64,000 nucleotides of DNA from an uncultured Acidobacteriota bacterium (GCA_963770895.1 CAVYRF010000002.1:5152001-5216000), one strand, 5' to 3'. Positions 48,098-59,723 are shown, counted from the first letter of the stretch. Numbers and translations are program-made. The notes: a model not told the origin generated them from the sequence alone.

Positions 48098-48296
48098 GTT
48101 TTCAGCTCAGCTTCTCAGCTCAGCTCGATCCGATCTGGCAGCCCGCCGCGGCACCCTGCGCCCACCAGCGCAGGCTTTGCCGTGTCCGCTCGATCCGATG
48201 CGGCGATCGCCGCGGCTCGCGGTCCGCGGCCCAGGCACGGCGATCGGCCAAAGGGCGACATACGTTCCGGGACCGCGCCGCCCCGTTCGGTTGCCC

Positions 48297-50063
48297 TCAC
48301 CGGGTGATGGCGATGCCGTTGGAAGTGCGATGGAGAACCTTGACGGTGTAGGAGCCGGCGCCGTTGTCGATGAGCTGCCAGCCGGGGGCGGTCGCGAGGG
48401 TGCCGCGCCTGGGGAGGGCTTCGGCGCTGGTGGACACGACCGACGACGGCGCGAAGTCCAGGATGAGCACTTCTTCGGCTGCCGCGTCGTAGGTTCTGTA
48501 GGTGACTCTGTCCGCGGCGTAGGTGACGTCCTGGACGACGGACGTGGAGCGCAGCAGGTGGTTGCCGGTGCCGATGGCCCAGGGCGGATAGGCGCCGACT
48601 CCCGCCAGGAAGTGGCGGACGTAGTCGCCGTAGCCGTCGGAGAACCAGGATTCAAAAGAGATGTGGGGGTCGGGGCCGGTGGTGACGGAGCCGTCGGCGT
48701 TGAGCATGTAGCTGGCCCAGGCAAAGGAGCGCGCCGCCTTGTTCAGGATGGTCGAGGGCGCGGCCGCCGCCTTTTCGCTGTACATGGCGCTCACCGAGGC
48801 ATAGCGGGCGGTGTGGCTTCCCATCGGGTAGTCGTAGGCGCTCTGTTCGCCGATGGCGTTGGCGCCGTACTGATCCTGGGCAAAGTTGGTCTCCACCCAG
48901 GTCAGCAGGCGCTGGGCGTCGGCCATCCAGGTGGCATCGAGCTCCGGATGCTCGATCAGGTAGCGGGCGGTCTCCATGGGAACGTATTGATTGACGTTGG
49001 TACCGGAGATTCCCCGTTTGTAGCGCGTGCCGTCCGGCAGCGGATAGGTCGGGATGTCTTCAAAGTAGCTGGCCCACTGGCCGTTGCGCATGGGGTATTC
49101 GGTGAGCCAGTTCCAGGCGATCTGCCGTGCCCTTTGCAAGAGGCGTTTGTTGCCGACGCTCAACCTGATCAATTCGTCGAACAGCCGGATGGGGCCGATG
49201 ACGTCGGCGCAGTAGTCGTCGCTGGTGGCCCCCAGCAGGGGCTGGGTCGGGACCAGCGTGGCGCCGCTCAGCGCCTCGACCCGGAACGGCCATGGCGAAT
49301 GCGCGGCGTCGCCCAGGCGCACGTTCCTGGCCAGGGCGAGGGCGGCCTGGCGGGCGGCGGCCAGGTAGGCCGGGTTGCCCGTCTGTTCGTAGAGCCGCAA
49401 CACGCTGTAGCCCCATTCACCCACCTTGTCCGGTTCGATGTAGCCGATGCCGTCGCCGGCGCCGTTGAGCAGGCCCTCGGCCGCTCCTTGATAGATCGGA
49501 GCGCCGGGCTCGGCGCTGGCGTAGGGCACCAGCGGCCAGGCGCCCTGGTCCGCGGTGAGCCCATAGGCCAGGTCGTAATCGATCACCTGTGTCGCCAGCC
49601 CGATGGCGCCGGCGTCTCCCGAATAGGGGTAGTACGCCAGCGCGGAATCGACGATCATCGAATACAGACCGGCGGGATTGTGCTTGTAGGGTACGGGCTG
49701 AAACGGCACCGAGCCGACGATGAAATAGCTGTAGAAATAGTAAGCCGGATGCAGCTGCCCGTCGCCGCCCAGGATCGGTTGGTCGACGTCGAAGGGTTCC
49801 GCCTGCACGGCCGCCGGAACCTGCTCCAGAAACCCCCAGGCGCGCGTGATCACCTGGTCGAACCAACCGGTTTGCGGCAGCCAGCTGAGCAAGGTTCCCG
49901 AACGGTCCAGCGCCACGGGGTGCCCGTTGAGCACCGCGGACGCATCCGCGGCGTCGACAGCCGGGCCGGCGGCCGGGCTCTGCTCGCCGGCAAGCCGGGA
50001 CGCGCCGCACCACGAACCGAGGCAGGCGATCAGCGCGGCGGCGCAGGTGCATCGATCGATCAC
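48297..50063 (-). CDS. Secreted hypothetical protein, probable (alpha/alpha) toroid glycosidase-like fold
   Basis: SD GAGGAG plus GTG 50063, signal-like N-terminus, aromatic-rich motifs EPDKVGE.GY, PWPFRV, YFEDI, MGSHTARYAS, WFSDGYGDYVRH. Confidence 0.6.
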   Translation of the reverse strand: MIDRCTCAAALIACLGSWCGASRLAGEQSPAAGPAVDAADASAVLNGHPVALDRSGTLLSWLPQTGWFDQVITRAWGFLEQVPAAVQAEPFDVDQPILGGDGQLHPAYYFYSYFIVGSVPFQPVPYKHNPAGLYSMIVDSALAYYPYSGDAGAIGLATQVIDYDLAYGLTADQGAWPLVPYASAEPGAPIYQGAAEGLLNGAGDGIGYIEPDKVGEWGYSVLRLYEQTGNPAYLAAARQAALALARNVRLGDAAHSPWPFRVEALSGATLVPTQPLLGATSDDYCADVIGPIRLFDELIRLSVGNKRLLQRARQIAWNWLTEYPMRNGQWASYFEDIPTYPLPDGTRYKRGISGTNVNQYVPMETARYLIEHPELDATWMADAQRLLTWVETNFAQDQYGANAIGEQSAYDYPMGSHTARYASVSAMYSEKAAAAPSTILNKAARSFAWASYMLNADGSVTTGPDPHISFESWFSDGYGDYVRHFLAGVGAYPPWAIGTGNHLLRSTSVVQDVTYAADRVTYRTYDAAAEEVLILDFAPSSVVSTSAEALPRRGTLATAPGWQLIDNGAGSYTVKVLHRTSNGIAITR

Positions 50064-50104
50064 GTGGCGTCTCTCCTCTGCCAAGCCGCGGTTTTTGTCG
50101 CGCC

Positions 50105-51307
50105 TCAAAACAGGTCGAAGATCAGGATGCGGGCGTCGAGCGGGCCGTTCTTGACCGGCAGGCGGCGGCGCGGGCGCAGGCCGATGTGTTTGCCCAGGCC
50201 CTCGCCGCCGGCCAGGACGACGGCGCGCCAGCCGCGGAACTGATGCTTGAGCAGGGTCCCCAGGGCGCGCCAGTGGCCGGCGTCGGCGGCGGCGCGCTCG
50301 CCGTACGGGGGGTTGACCACCACCAGGCCGGGCGCCGCGCCGCGGTGCGCCGGCGGCAGGCAGTCGGCGGCTTCGCCGCGCGTCAGCTGCGCCCGCCCGA
50401 GCAGGCCGGCGCGTTCCAGGTTGGCGCGCGCGGCGCGCAGCGCTTCGGCGGAGCGGTCGTTGCCGCGCAGCTGCACGCCGGACCCCGGCGCCGGCAGCGG
50501 TTCGGCGCACACCTCGGCAAAGCGGGCGGCGTCGAAGCCCGGCAGGCGCTGGAACGCCCAGCCGCCGCCGTCGCCCGCGCGCAGCTGGCCGGGCGCGGTG
50601 CCCATCGCGAACCAGGCGGCCTCGATCAGCAGCGTCGCCGAGCCGCACATCGGGTCGACCACGGCGCCGCTGCCGTCCCACTCCGCCGCCAGCACGCACG
50701 CGGCGGCCAGGGTTTCGCGCACCGGCGCCGCGGCCGACTGCAGGCGGTAGCCGCGGCGGTCCAGCGGCTCGCCCGAGGTGTCGAGCAGCAGCGTCGCGCG
50801 GTCTTCGTGCAGGCGCAGGCGCAGCTGCAGGTCCGGCGCGGTGCGGTCGACGTCGGCGCGGCGGCCCCAGCGGTCGCGCTGCCCGTCCACCAGGCCGTCC
50901 TTGGCCGACAGCGCCGCCCAGCGCACGTCGCGGATCTGCGACGCGGTGGTGGTCGCCTGGATGGCGAAGCTGCGGTCGGGATGGAAGAGCTCACCCGGAT
51001 CCAGGCCGCCCGGCGCCGCCGTCAGGCCGGTCGCGGCGGCGCCCTGGGTGTGGCCGGACACCAGGGCGCGGGCTCCCGCGGCCAGTGCGGCGCCGTCGCC
51101 GGCGGCCCAGCTGGCCAGCTCGATCAGCACCCGGTTGGCGGTGCGCAGGCGCCAGTTGGCGCGCCAGCAGTCCTGCCAGCTGCCGGCGAAGCGCACGGCG
51201 CCGCGCTCGGCCTCGACCGCCGCCGCCCCCATGCCGTCCAGCTCCGCCGCCAGGATGGCTTCCAGGCCCGAGGCGCAGGTGGCGACCAGCGTCAGCGTGT
51301 CATCCAC
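50105..51307 (-). CDS. THUMP-domain RNA methyltransferase (RlmL-like)
   Basis: ATCASGLE, ANW.LRTANRVL, LDTSGEPL.RRGYR, AP.RETLAAA, DPMCGS.T, VNPPYGER. Confidence 0.9.
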   Translation of the reverse strand: MDDTLTLVATCASGLEAILAAELDGMGAAAVEAERGAVRFAGSWQDCWRANWRLRTANRVLIELASWAAGDGAALAAGARALVSGHTQGAAATGLTAAPGGLDPGELFHPDRSFAIQATTTASQIRDVRWAALSAKDGLVDGQRDRWGRRADVDRTAPDLQLRLRLHEDRATLLLDTSGEPLDRRGYRLQSAAAPVRETLAAACVLAAEWDGSGAVVDPMCGSATLLIEAAWFAMGTAPGQLRAGDGGGWAFQRLPGFDAARFAEVCAEPLPAPGSGVQLRGNDRSAEALRAARANLERAGLLGRAQLTRGEAADCLPPAHRGAAPGLVVVNPPYGERAAADAGHWRALGTLLKHQFRGWRAVVLAGGEGLGKHIGLRPRRRLPVKNGPLDARILIFDLF

Positions 51308-52346
51308 CGCCGCGCAGCTCCTTGGCGGCGCCGCGGTGGGCGTCCAGGAAGGGGAGCAGGGCGTGGAGCAGTTGGGCCGGGTGGTCCTCCATCGCCAGGT
51401 GGCCGGCACCGGGGATGCTGGCGAAGGCGGCGTCGGGCAGCAGCTGCGCCGCCTTGCGGCCGTCGGCGACGGGGATCACCCGGTCGGCTTCGCCCCAGAC
51501 CACCAGGGCGGGCGTGGCGAGCGTCTCCAGTTTGACTTCGGCGGGCGGCTGGGGCGCTCCGGCGGGGCGCTCGAGCGTCGCGGTCAGGCCGTAGAAGGCG
51601 GTGGCTTCGCCCTCGACGCGCAGGCGGTCGGCGTAGGCGTCGACCAGCGCCGGGGTGACCAGCGCCGGGTCGCCGATGCTGCCCAGGAGCGACCGGCGGA
51701 TGTGCTTGCGCCGCAGGGCGAACTGCACCGCCAGCGAGTCCAGCGGCCGGAACTTGGCGATGACCGTGCGGCGGTCGTTGCCGTAGGTCGGCGCCGAGCT
51801 GTCGACCAGGGCCATGGAAAGCATGCGCTCGGGGTGGCGGGAAGCAAGGAAGAGCGTGAGGCCGCCGCCGTAGGAGTGGCCGACGAACTGGGCGCGCCGG
51901 ATGCCGAGCTGGTCGAGCACGGCAAGGATGAGATGCTCCTGGCCCTCGCGCGTGTAGCACCAGGGATCGTGCGGGCGCTGGGTCCAGCCGAAACCGTAGA
52001 GGTCCAGCGCCACCACGCGGTGGGTGCGCGCCAGCTCGGGCACCACCAGGCGCCACGAATAGCTGGAGGCGCCAAACCCGTGCAGCAGCACGACGGCATC
52101 GGCGGCGGCCGGTCCCGCCTGCTCGACGTAGACGGCGTTGCCGTCGACCGTCAGGTAGCTGCCGGCGGGCTGCGCGCCGCGCACCTGGGCGAAGGGGCGC
52201 AGCGACACGCAGCCGGCCAGGAGCAGCGCCGCGGCGCTCAGGAGTGTCGCGGCGGCCGGGAGCGTCGCCCGCGCCAGGAGCAGGGCGTGGGCAGCCTGGC
52301 GCGGCCGGGTTACGGCGGCGTGACGAGGTCGGGGTCGGGCGCGCAC
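51300..52346 (-). CDS. Alpha/beta fold hydrolase (possible lipoprotein)
   Basis: LLHGFG, DL.GFG, VGHSYGG (GxSxG), WGE.D.V, GAGH, and an LLLAGC lipobox-like sequence. Confidence 0.88.
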   Translation of the reverse strand: MRARPRPRHAAVTRPRQAAHALLLARATLPAAATLLSAAALLLAGCVSLRPFAQVRGAQPAGSYLTVDGNAVYVEQAGPAAADAVVLLHGFGASSYSWRLVVPELARTHRVVALDLYGFGWTQRPHDPWCYTREGQEHLILAVLDQLGIRRAQFVGHSYGGGLTLFLASRHPERMLSMALVDSSAPTYGNDRRTVIAKFRPLDSLAVQFALRRKHIRRSLLGSIGDPALVTPALVDAYADRLRVEGEATAFYGLTATLERPAGAPQPPAEVKLETLATPALVVWGEADRVIPVADGRKAAQLLPDAAFASIPGAGHLAMEDHPAQLLHALLPFLDAHRGAAKELRGGG

Positions 52347-52529
52347 CGGCGCATCTTATACGGCGCCGGGGGCCTCCCCGGCGGCAGCCGCGGCCTCCGG
52401 CCTGTCGGCGCCTGCCTGCCGGTTCCAAGGGGCGGGGGTTTTGGAACCGATTTTCGACTGCAATTGTCACCTTCTCTACCTATCCTGGCGATCTTTGCGG
52501 TTGCGGCGGTGGAACCGCCGAGCGGCGCC

Positions 52530-54554
52530 ATGTCGATCGTCCTCGAACAGCTGACCAAGCGCTACGCCGGGCACCCGGTGGTCAACGGCGTGTCGTTGAC
52601 CGCCGCCGACGGCGAGCTGCACGTGCTGCTCGGCCCTTCGGGCAGCGGCAAGAGCACGCTGCTGCGCATGATCGCCGGCCTGGCCGACGTGGACGGCGGC
52701 CGCGTGGTGTTGCACGGGCGGGACGTGACCGATCTGCCGCCGGCGCGGCGCGGCGTCGGCTTCGTGTTCCAGAGCTACGCCCTGTTCCGCGGCATGACGG
52801 CGGCCGAAAACGTCGAGTTCGCGCTGCGCATCCGCGGCGTCAAGGCGGCCGAGCGGCGTCGCCGCCGCGACGAGCTGCTGGAGATGGTGGGGCTGACCGG
52901 CCTGGGCGGGCGCTCGCCGCGCCAGCTGTCGGGCGGCCAGCAGCAGCGCGTCGCCATCGCCCGCGCGCTGGCCCACCAGCCGGAAGTGCTGCTGCTCGAC
53001 GAGCCCTTCGGCGCCCTGGACGCGCGGGTGCGCCTGGACCTGCGGCGCACGGTGCGCACGATCCAGCGCGAGCTGCGCATCACGACGCTGTTCGTCACCC
53101 ACGACCAGGAGGAGGCCTTCGAGCTGGCCGACCGCGTGGCGGTGATGAATTTTGGCCGGCTGCTCGAAGAGGGGCCGCCCGACGAGCTGTACCTGCGGCC
53201 GGCGACGGAGTTCGTGGCGACCTTCCTGGGCACCGCCAACCTGATGGTGGGGGAGTGCGCGCCGGACGGCGTGCGCCTGGGGCCGGTGCACTTCCCGCTC
53301 AACACGCGCGCCGGCGAGACCCCCAGCGAGCCGCGGCGGGTGCAGGTGCTGTTCCGCCCCGAAGACGTGGCGCTGCGCGAGTCGGCCGAGGCGCTCACCC
53401 GGCTGTCGTGTCCGCCTCTGGGGCGCGCGGTGGTCGAGCAGCGCACCTTCGTCGGTTCGTACGAACGCCTGCGGCTGCGCCTGCCGCCGCTGCCCGGGGT
53501 GCGCGCCATCGCGCCGCCGGTGCCGTTCGGCAGCGACGACATCGCGGTCGAGGTGACGCGCACGCCGGACGAGGCGCGCCGCTACCCGCTGGCGACCGGC
53601 GACGCGTCGTGGGTGGGGGTGCGGCGGGTGCACGCCCTGGAGCACCCCGGCCTGCGCATGGTGCTGCTGGCCGACGGCACGCCGCCGTCGCGCGCGGCGG
53701 TGGCGCTGGGCGCCCAGCTGGCGCGCCTTTCCCACGCCCGCGTGCTGGTCTTGGGGCATCGGCCGGGGCCCGCCGGCCTGCCGCGGCTGGCGGCCGGCGC
53801 CCGCGGTGGTACCGAGCGTGCCGAGCGCGCCCAGCAGTCATCGCGCCCGGTGACGCACCCGGCGGCCCCGGCGCTCGCCGCCGGTGCGAGTGTCGGCGGC
53901 GGTGGCGCCGGCGCCGCGGACCAGGACCTGGAGCTGCTGCTGCAGCAGGTCCGCGAGACGCTCGGCAGCGGCCTGGCGGCGCTCGAAACGCGTTCGACGC
54001 CCGAGCTGCCCGCGGTGGCGGTCGCCGACGAAGAGGCGCGCCAGGGCGTCGACCTGCTGGTCGTCGGCAGCCCGGCGCGCGACGCCGGCGACATGGTGGA
54101 GCGCCTGCTGGAGGGGGGCGCCCGCAACCTGCTGCTCGCCCCCAGCCAGGCCGCCGCGACCGTCGAGCGGCTGCTGATCTGCGTCGCCATCGGCGAGCCG
54201 GGCAAGGCCGACGTGTCGTTCACCGGCCGGCTGGCGCGCCACCTGGGCGCCGAGGTGACCGTGCTGACGGTGCTTCCCGAAGCGGCGCGCGACGGCGGCG
54301 CCGAGCGCTTCCTGGCCAGCTGCGTGCGCACGCTGGGGCGCCAGGGCGTGGCCGCCACCACCCGCACGCGCGTCGGCCTGCCGACCGAGCAGATCCTGGC
54401 CGAGCGCCAGGAGGGGCGCCACGACCTGCTGGTCCTGGGCGCGCCGCTGCCGCGCGCCGACGGGCGCATCAGCCTGAGCGGCGTGATGGCCCGCCTGCTG
54501 CGTGAGGCGGCGGTGCCGGTGCTCATCGTGCGCTCGCCCGAGGCCGCCGGATGA
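52530..54554 (+). CDS. cysA: Sulfate ABC ATPase CysA fused to C-terminal universal stress protein-like domains
   Basis: [45 protein letters not shown]. Tail contains DLLVVG and DLLVLGA...[18 protein letters not shown]. Confidence 0.85.
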   Translation: MSIVLEQLTKRYAGHPVVNGVSLTAADGELHVLLGPSGSGKSTLLRMIAGLADVDGGRVVLHGRDVTDLPPARRGVGFVFQSYALFRGMTAAENVEFALRIRGVKAAERRRRRDELLEMVGLTGLGGRSPRQLSGGQQQRVAIARALAHQPEVLLLDEPFGALDARVRLDLRRTVRTIQRELRITTLFVTHDQEEAFELADRVAVMNFGRLLEEGPPDELYLRPATEFVATFLGTANLMVGECAPDGVRLGPVHFPLNTRAGETPSEPRRVQVLFRPEDVALRESAEALTRLSCPPLGRAVVEQRTFVGSYERLRLRLPPLPGVRAIAPPVPFGSDDIAVEVTRTPDEARRYPLATGDASWVGVRRVHALEHPGLRMVLLADGTPPSRAAVALGAQLARLSHARVLVLGHRPGPAGLPRLAAGARGGTERAERAQQSSRPVTHPAAPALAAGASVGGGGAGAADQDLELLLQQVRETLGSGLAALETRSTPELPAVAVADEEARQGVDLLVVGSPARDAGDMVERLLEGGARNLLLAPSQAAATVERLLICVAIGEPGKADVSFTGRLARHLGAEVTVLTVLPEAARDGGAERFLASCVRTLGRQGVAATTRTRVGLPTEQILAERQEGRHDLLVLGAPLPRADGRISLSGVMARLLREAAVPVLIVRSPEAAG

Positions 54555-55681
54555 ACGCTTGCCGCGAGCTGCCGCTGCTCGCTTTTCGCCGGCCGCCGGC
54601 CGGCCATGGAGGGACGTCGATGCACCGCTTCCGCCGCTTCCGCACCCCCGTCGTCGCCAAGCTCGGGGCGATCGCCCTGTTCGCCTTTGCCCTCGGTCTC
54701 GCCGCGCCGTCCGGGCCGGCGCGGGCCGCGACCGCGGCGCCGCCCAAGGAGGTGAAGCTGCTCAACGTCTCCTACGACCCGACGCGCGAGCTCTACCAGG
54801 ATTTCAACACGGCGTTCGCCCGCTACTGGAAGGCGAAGACCGGGCAGGTGGTGACGATCGAGCAGTCGCACGGCGGTTCCGGCAAGCAGGCGCGTTCGGT
54901 CATCGACGGGCTGGAAGCCGACGTGGTGACGCTCGCCCTGGCCTACGACATCGACGCGATCGCCGCCGCCGGCATGCTGCCGGCCAACTGGCAGGCGCGG
55001 CTGCCCAGCAACAGCACGCCCTACACCTCGACGATGGTGTTCCTGGTGCGCAAGGGTAATCCCAAGCAGATCCACGACTGGGACGACCTGCTGCGCCCCG
55101 GCGTGCAGATCGTCACCCCCAACCCCAAGACCTCGGGCGGGGCGCGCTGGAACTACCTGGCCGCCTGGGGCTACGCGATGAAGAAATACGGCCAGGAAGC
55201 CAAGGCGCGCGATTTCGTGACCCGCCTGTACCGCCACGTGCCGGTGCTCGACACCGGCTCGCGCGGCGCCACCGTGACGTTCGTCGAGCGCGGCATCGGC
55301 GACGTCTCGATCGCCTGGGAGAACGAGGCCTACCTGGCGATCAACCAGTTGGGCAAGGGCAAGTTCGAGATCGTCACGCCGGGGGTGAGCGTGCTCGCCG
55401 AGCCGCCGGTCGCGGTGGTGGACAAGGTCGCCGCCAAGCATCACACGACCGAGGTGGCGCAGGCCTACCTGCAGTACCTGTATTCGCCGGAAGGGCAGGA
55501 GATCGCCGCCCGCAACTTCTACCGGCCGCGGCAGGCGGCGGCCGCGGCAAAGCACCCCGGCCTGTTCCCGCACATCCAGACGTTCACCGTCGACGAGATG
55601 TTCGGCGGCTGGACCAAGGCGCAAAAGGTGCACTTTGCCGACGGCGCCCTGTTCGACCAGATCTACCAGGTCGGCCGGTGA
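54551..55681 (+). CDS. sbp: Sulfate ABC transporter substrate-binding protein
   Basis: [45 protein letters not shown]. Start may be ATG 54620. Confidence 0.95.
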   Translation: MNACRELPLLAFRRPPAGHGGTSMHRFRRFRTPVVAKLGAIALFAFALGLAAPSGPARAATAAPPKEVKLLNVSYDPTRELYQDFNTAFARYWKAKTGQVVTIEQSHGGSGKQARSVIDGLEADVVTLALAYDIDAIAAAGMLPANWQARLPSNSTPYTSTMVFLVRKGNPKQIHDWDDLLRPGVQIVTPNPKTSGGARWNYLAAWGYAMKKYGQEAKARDFVTRLYRHVPVLDTGSRGATVTFVERGIGDVSIAWENEAYLAINQLGKGKFEIVTPGVSVLAEPPVAVVDKVAAKHHTTEVAQAYLQYLYSPEGQEIAARNFYRPRQAAAAAKHPGLFPHIQTFTVDEMFGGWTKAQKVHFADGALFDQIYQVGR

Positions 55682-56529
55682 CGACGGCGGCAGGCGGCGG
55701 GCGGGCGGCGCGGCGCGGCGTGCTGCCGGGGTTCGGGCTGGCGATGGGCTTCACCGTCACCTACCTCGGGCTGATCGTGCTGATCCCGCTGGCCGCCCTG
55801 GCGCAGAAGGCGACGACGCTGACCTGGAGCCAGTTCTGGCACGTCACCAGCGGTCCGCGCGAGCTGGCGGCGTACCGGCTGAGCTTCGGCGCGGCGCTGG
55901 CGGCGGCGGTCATCAACGGCGTCTTCGGGCTGCTGCTGGCGTGGGTGCTGGAGCGCTATTCGTTCCCCGGCAAGCGCTGGATCGACGGCCTGGTGGACCT
56001 GCCGTTCGCGCTGCCCACGGCGGTGGCGGGCATCTCGCTGGCGTCGCTCTATGCGCCCGAAGGGTGGATCGGCCGCTGGCTGGCGCCGCTCGGCGTGCAG
56101 GTGGCGTTCACCCGGCTGGGCATCGTCGTGGCGCTCACCTTCGTCGGCCTGCCGTTCGTCGTGCGCACCGTGCAGCCGGTGCTGCGCGAGCTGTCGCCCG
56201 AGCTGGAGGAGGCGGCGGCGACGCTCGGCGCCAGCCGCTGGCAGACCGTGCGGCGGGTGCTGCTGCCCGAGCTGGTGCCGGCGGCCGCCACCGGCTTCGC
56301 GCTGGCGTTCGCGCGGGCGCTGGGCGAATACGGCTCGGTCATCTTCATCGCCGGCAACATGCCGATGCGCTCCGAGATCACGCCGCTGCTGATCATGATC
56401 AAGCTCGAACAGTTCGACTACGCCGGCGCCACCGCGGTGGCGCTGGTGTTCCTGACCGCGTCCTTTTCGCTGCTGCTGCTGATCAACCTGCTGTCGTGGC
56501 GGTACGCCGTGCGGACGGCGGCAGCATGA
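55678..56529 (+). CDS. cysT: Sulfate ABC transporter permease CysT
   Basis: [50 protein letters not shown]. Confidence 0.95.
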   Translation: MTTAAGGGRAARRGVLPGFGLAMGFTVTYLGLIVLIPLAALAQKATTLTWSQFWHVTSGPRELAAYRLSFGAALAAAVINGVFGLLLAWVLERYSFPGKRWIDGLVDLPFALPTAVAGISLASLYAPEGWIGRWLAPLGVQVAFTRLGIVVALTFVGLPFVVRTVQPVLRELSPELEEAAATLGASRWQTVRRVLLPELVPAAATGFALAFARALGEYGSVIFIAGNMPMRSEITPLLIMIKLEQFDYAGATAVALVFLTASFSLLLLINLLSWRYAVRTAAA

Positions 56530-57380
56530 GCGACGCCGCGCCGGGTGTGGCGGCCGCCCGCCGTTCCCGCCACCTGGGCGAGCCGCGGGTGGTGCGCTGG
56601 CTGCTGATCGGCGTCGCCCTGGTGTTTCTGCTGGCGTTCCTCTTCGTGCCGCTGGCGGCGGTGTTCGTCAAGGCGTTCGCAAAGGGGGTGGCGGCGTTCG
56701 CGGCGGCGGTGGGCGATCACGACACGCTGGCGGCGATCCGGCTGACGCTCCTGACCGCGGGCATCGCGGTGCCGCTCAACCTGCTGTTCGGGCTCGCCGC
56801 CGCCTGGGCGGTGACGCATTTCCGCTTCCGCGGCAAGCAGCTGCTGGTCACCCTGATCGACCTGCCGTTCAGCGTCTCGCCGGTGGTTTCGGGCCTGATC
56901 TTCGTGCTGCTGTTCGGCGCCCGCGGACTGCTCGGTCCGTTCCTGTCCGAGCACGACGTCAAGATCATCTTTGCGCTGCCGGGGCTGGTGCTGGCGACGG
57001 TGTTCGTGACTTCGCCGCTGGTGGCGCGCGAGCTGATCCCGCTGATGCAGGCGCAGGGCGACGAGGAGGAGCGGGCGGCGCTCACCCTGGGCGCCTCGGG
57101 GTGGCAGACCTTCTGGCGCGTCAGCCTGCCCAAGATCCGCTGGGGGCTGCTCTACGGCGTGGTGCTGTGCAATGCGCGGGCGATGGGGGAATTTGGCGCC
57201 GTGTCGGTGGTGTCGGGGCACATCCGCGGCGTCACCACGACCATGCCGCTGCAGATCGAAATCCTGTACAACGACTATCAGTTTGCCGCCGCCTTCGCGG
57301 TGTCGTCGCTGCTGACCCTGCTGGCGCTGGTGACCCTGGCGGTCAAGAGCTGGGTCGAAAGGCACTCCGGCGATGGCTAG
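56526..57380 (+). CDS. cysW: Sulfate ABC transporter permease CysW
   Basis: IDLPFSVSPVVSG, ARELIPLM..QG, ARAMGEFGAVSVVSG.I.G.T.T. ATGA overlap with cysT. Confidence 0.94.
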   Translation: MSDAAPGVAAARRSRHLGEPRVVRWLLIGVALVFLLAFLFVPLAAVFVKAFAKGVAAFAAAVGDHDTLAAIRLTLLTAGIAVPLNLLFGLAAAWAVTHFRFRGKQLLVTLIDLPFSVSPVVSGLIFVLLFGARGLLGPFLSEHDVKIIFALPGLVLATVFVTSPLVARELIPLMQAQGDEEERAALTLGASGWQTFWRVSLPKIRWGLLYGVVLCNARAMGEFGAVSVVSGHIRGVTTTMPLQIEILYNDYQFAAAFAVSSLLTLLALVTLAVKSWVERHSGDG

Positions 57381-57458
57381 CGCTCCGCACGGCCGGGCCG
57401 GTGGCGCCCTGCCCGCGCGGTGGGTGGCGGGGCGGCGGCGGGGGTAGACTGGCCTGTC

Positions 57459-59723
57459 ATGCGCCGCCTCAGCCTGGGCTCGCTGCTGATCCTGCTCAAT
57501 GCCGGACTGGTCCTGGTGGCGGTGGTGTGGGTGGCCGCCGGCGCGGTGCGGGTGCTGCGCGAGCTGGCGGACCGGCAGGCGCTGGCGCGCGTCGACCTGG
57601 CGGCGCAGAGCGCCGCGGCGGTGATCGCGCGCGCCGGCGATGAGGTGGTGGCGTCGGCGCGCCTGGCGGCCGACCATCCCGACCTGCGCAGGATCGTGGC
57701 GGGCGGCGACCGCGCGGCGCTCGCGGCCTGGCTGGACCGCTTTCGCCGCACCAGCGAGCTGACCGGCTGCGCGCTCTTCGCCGGCGGGCAGCTGCTGGCG
57801 AGCGCCGGGCCGCCGCTGCCGTGGGAGGCGCTGCGCCGTCCCGGCGCCGGCGGGCGCGCCATGGCGAGCGGCGCCGGCGGTGGCGGCGACGGGCTGGACG
57901 GCGGTGGCGGCCTGATCCTGGGAGGTTCGGCGCCGGTTGCGGCGCTGCCGCAGGCGACGGCGGTGACGGCGCTGGCGATGGACGGCACCTTCGCGCAGCG
58001 CACCGGCGACCAGGTCGGCCTGGCGGTGGTGGTGCTCGACCGCGCCGAGGCCGAGCGGTCGGCGGCGACGGCGGCGGCGGTGCGCCAGCGGGCGCTGGCG
58101 ATGCCGGTGCCCGTACCGCCGCCGGGCGGCGGCGACATGGGGGGCCGGACGGCGGTGCCGGTCGCCTCGGCGCGGGTGGAGGTGGCCGACCTGTACATCG
58201 CCGACCGGCCGCTGCTGGCGCCGTCGGGCGCGGTGGCGGGGCTGGTCGAAAGCCGGCTGCCGATGGCGACGGTGGACGGGCCGCTGGCCAGCCTCACCCG
58301 GCAGATGATGATCCTGGCGCTGGGCGTGGCAGCGGCGGCGACGCTGGCGTCGGCGGCGGCGGGGCGCTGGCTGGGGCGGCCGGTGCGCGCGCTCACGGCG
58401 TCGGCGGCGCGTCTGGGACGCGGCGACCTGACGACGCCGATCGGCCATGCGCCGGGGCTGGAGCTGGGGGCGCTGGCGGCGACGCTCGAGGAGACGCGGC
58501 GGCAGCTGCTGCGCCTGACCGCCGAGCTGCGGCAGCGCCAGGCCGAAAGCGAGGCGGTGCTGACCGGCATCGCCGAGGGGGTGATGAGCGTCGATCGCGA
58601 CCGCCGCATCCGCTATCTCAACCCGCAGGCCGCGGTGCTTCTGGGCGTGCGCCAGGGGCAGGCGCTGGGACGCTTCTGCGGCGACGTCCTCAACCCCCGC
58701 GGGCCGGCGGGCGAGCGCCCGTGCGAAGACGGCTGTCCGATCGTGCACGCGCGCTTTCGCGGCGGCGCCCTTGCTACCGAAAATCTGCAGCTGCCGGGCG
58801 GCCGCCAGCGCTCGATCGTCATCACCAGCGCCGGGCCGGTCGAAGGGCGCCAGTTCCTGGTGCTGCGCGACGAAACCGACGTCGAGCTGGCGCGGCGCCA
58901 GCGCGACGCCGTGCTGGCCAACATCTCGCACGAGTTCAAGACGCCGCTTGCGGCCCAGCGCGCCTCGATCGAGCTGCTGCGCGAAAAGCTCCTGGAACGG
59001 CCGGGCGGCGCCGCGGCCGGGCCGGCGGACGCGGCGTTGGCGCCGGCCTATTGGGCGGAGACGCAGGAGCTGGTGCTGTCGCTCGAGCGCGGCGGGCTGC
59101 GTCTGACGCAGCTGATCGACAACCTGCTGGAGAGCGTGCGCATCGAATCGGGACAGGACGGCTTGCGGCGGCGCCCGGTGGCGCTCGACCAGGTGATCGA
59201 AGACGCCGTCGAGCTGACGGCGCCGCTGTTCGCCCAGCGCGGCCAGCGGGTGCGGGTCGACCTGCCGTATCCGCTGCCGGCGGTGCTGGGCGACGCGCCG
59301 CGCCTGACCCAGGTGTTCGTCAACCTGCTGGCCAACGCTCACAAGTTCGCGCCGGCGGGATCGGCGCTGGCGATCGGCGGCGAGGTGACCGCGGACCAGG
59401 TGGCGCTGTGGGTGGACGACGAAGGGCCCGGCCTGCCGGCGGCCGCCGAGTCGGGGCGCGAGCTGTTTCGCCGCTTCGTCCGCTCGCCGGAGCAGATGGG
59501 CGAGCCGGAACAGAGCGGCATGGGGCTGGGCCTGTGGATCGTGCAGTCGATCGTCGAGCGCCACGGCGGCACGGTCGAGGCGCAGCGCCGCGAACCCGGC
59601 ACGCGGATGCGCGTCGCGCTGCCGCTGGCGCCGGCGGTGGCGGCGCTTTCGGCGGCTGGGGTGGGCCAGGCGGCCGGGGCGGCAGTGGCGGCAGCGCCGC
59701 CGGCACAGGAGAGCGGGGCATGA
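57459..59723 (+). CDS. Sensor histidine kinase (TM-HAMP-PAS-HisKA-HATPase)
   Basis: Two TM segments, HAMP, PAS-like region, NISHEFKTPL, NLLANA.KF, D.GPG, G.GLGL.IV. Confidence 0.92.
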   Translation: MRRLSLGSLLILLNAGLVLVAVVWVAAGAVRVLRELADRQALARVDLAAQSAAAVIARAGDEVVASARLAADHPDLRRIVAGGDRAALAAWLDRFRRTSELTGCALFAGGQLLASAGPPLPWEALRRPGAGGRAMASGAGGGGDGLDGGGGLILGGSAPVAALPQATAVTALAMDGTFAQRTGDQVGLAVVVLDRAEAERSAATAAAVRQRALAMPVPVPPPGGGDMGGRTAVPVASARVEVADLYIADRPLLAPSGAVAGLVESRLPMATVDGPLASLTRQMMILALGVAAAATLASAAAGRWLGRPVRALTASAARLGRGDLTTPIGHAPGLELGALAATLEETRRQLLRLTAELRQRQAESEAVLTGIAEGVMSVDRDRRIRYLNPQAAVLLGVRQGQALGRFCGDVLNPRGPAGERPCEDGCPIVHARFRGGALATENLQLPGGRQRSIVITSAGPVEGRQFLVLRDETDVELARRQRDAVLANISHEFKTPLAAQRASIELLREKLLERPGGAAAGPADAALAPAYWAETQELVLSLERGGLRLTQLIDNLLESVRIESGQDGLRRRPVALDQVIEDAVELTAPLFAQRGQRVRVDLPYPLPAVLGDAPRLTQVFVNLLANAHKFAPAGSALAIGGEVTADQVALWVDDEGPGLPAAAESGRELFRRFVRSPEQMGEPEQSGMGLGLWIVQSIVERHGGTVEAQRREPGTRMRVALPLAPAVAALSAAGVGQAAGAAVAAAPPAQESGA

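Noticed and set aside
50778-52529. N-terminal extension of the 1258-aa ORF containing CysA
   Set aside because: Overlaps two real minus-strand genes; CysA homology begins at ATG 52530.
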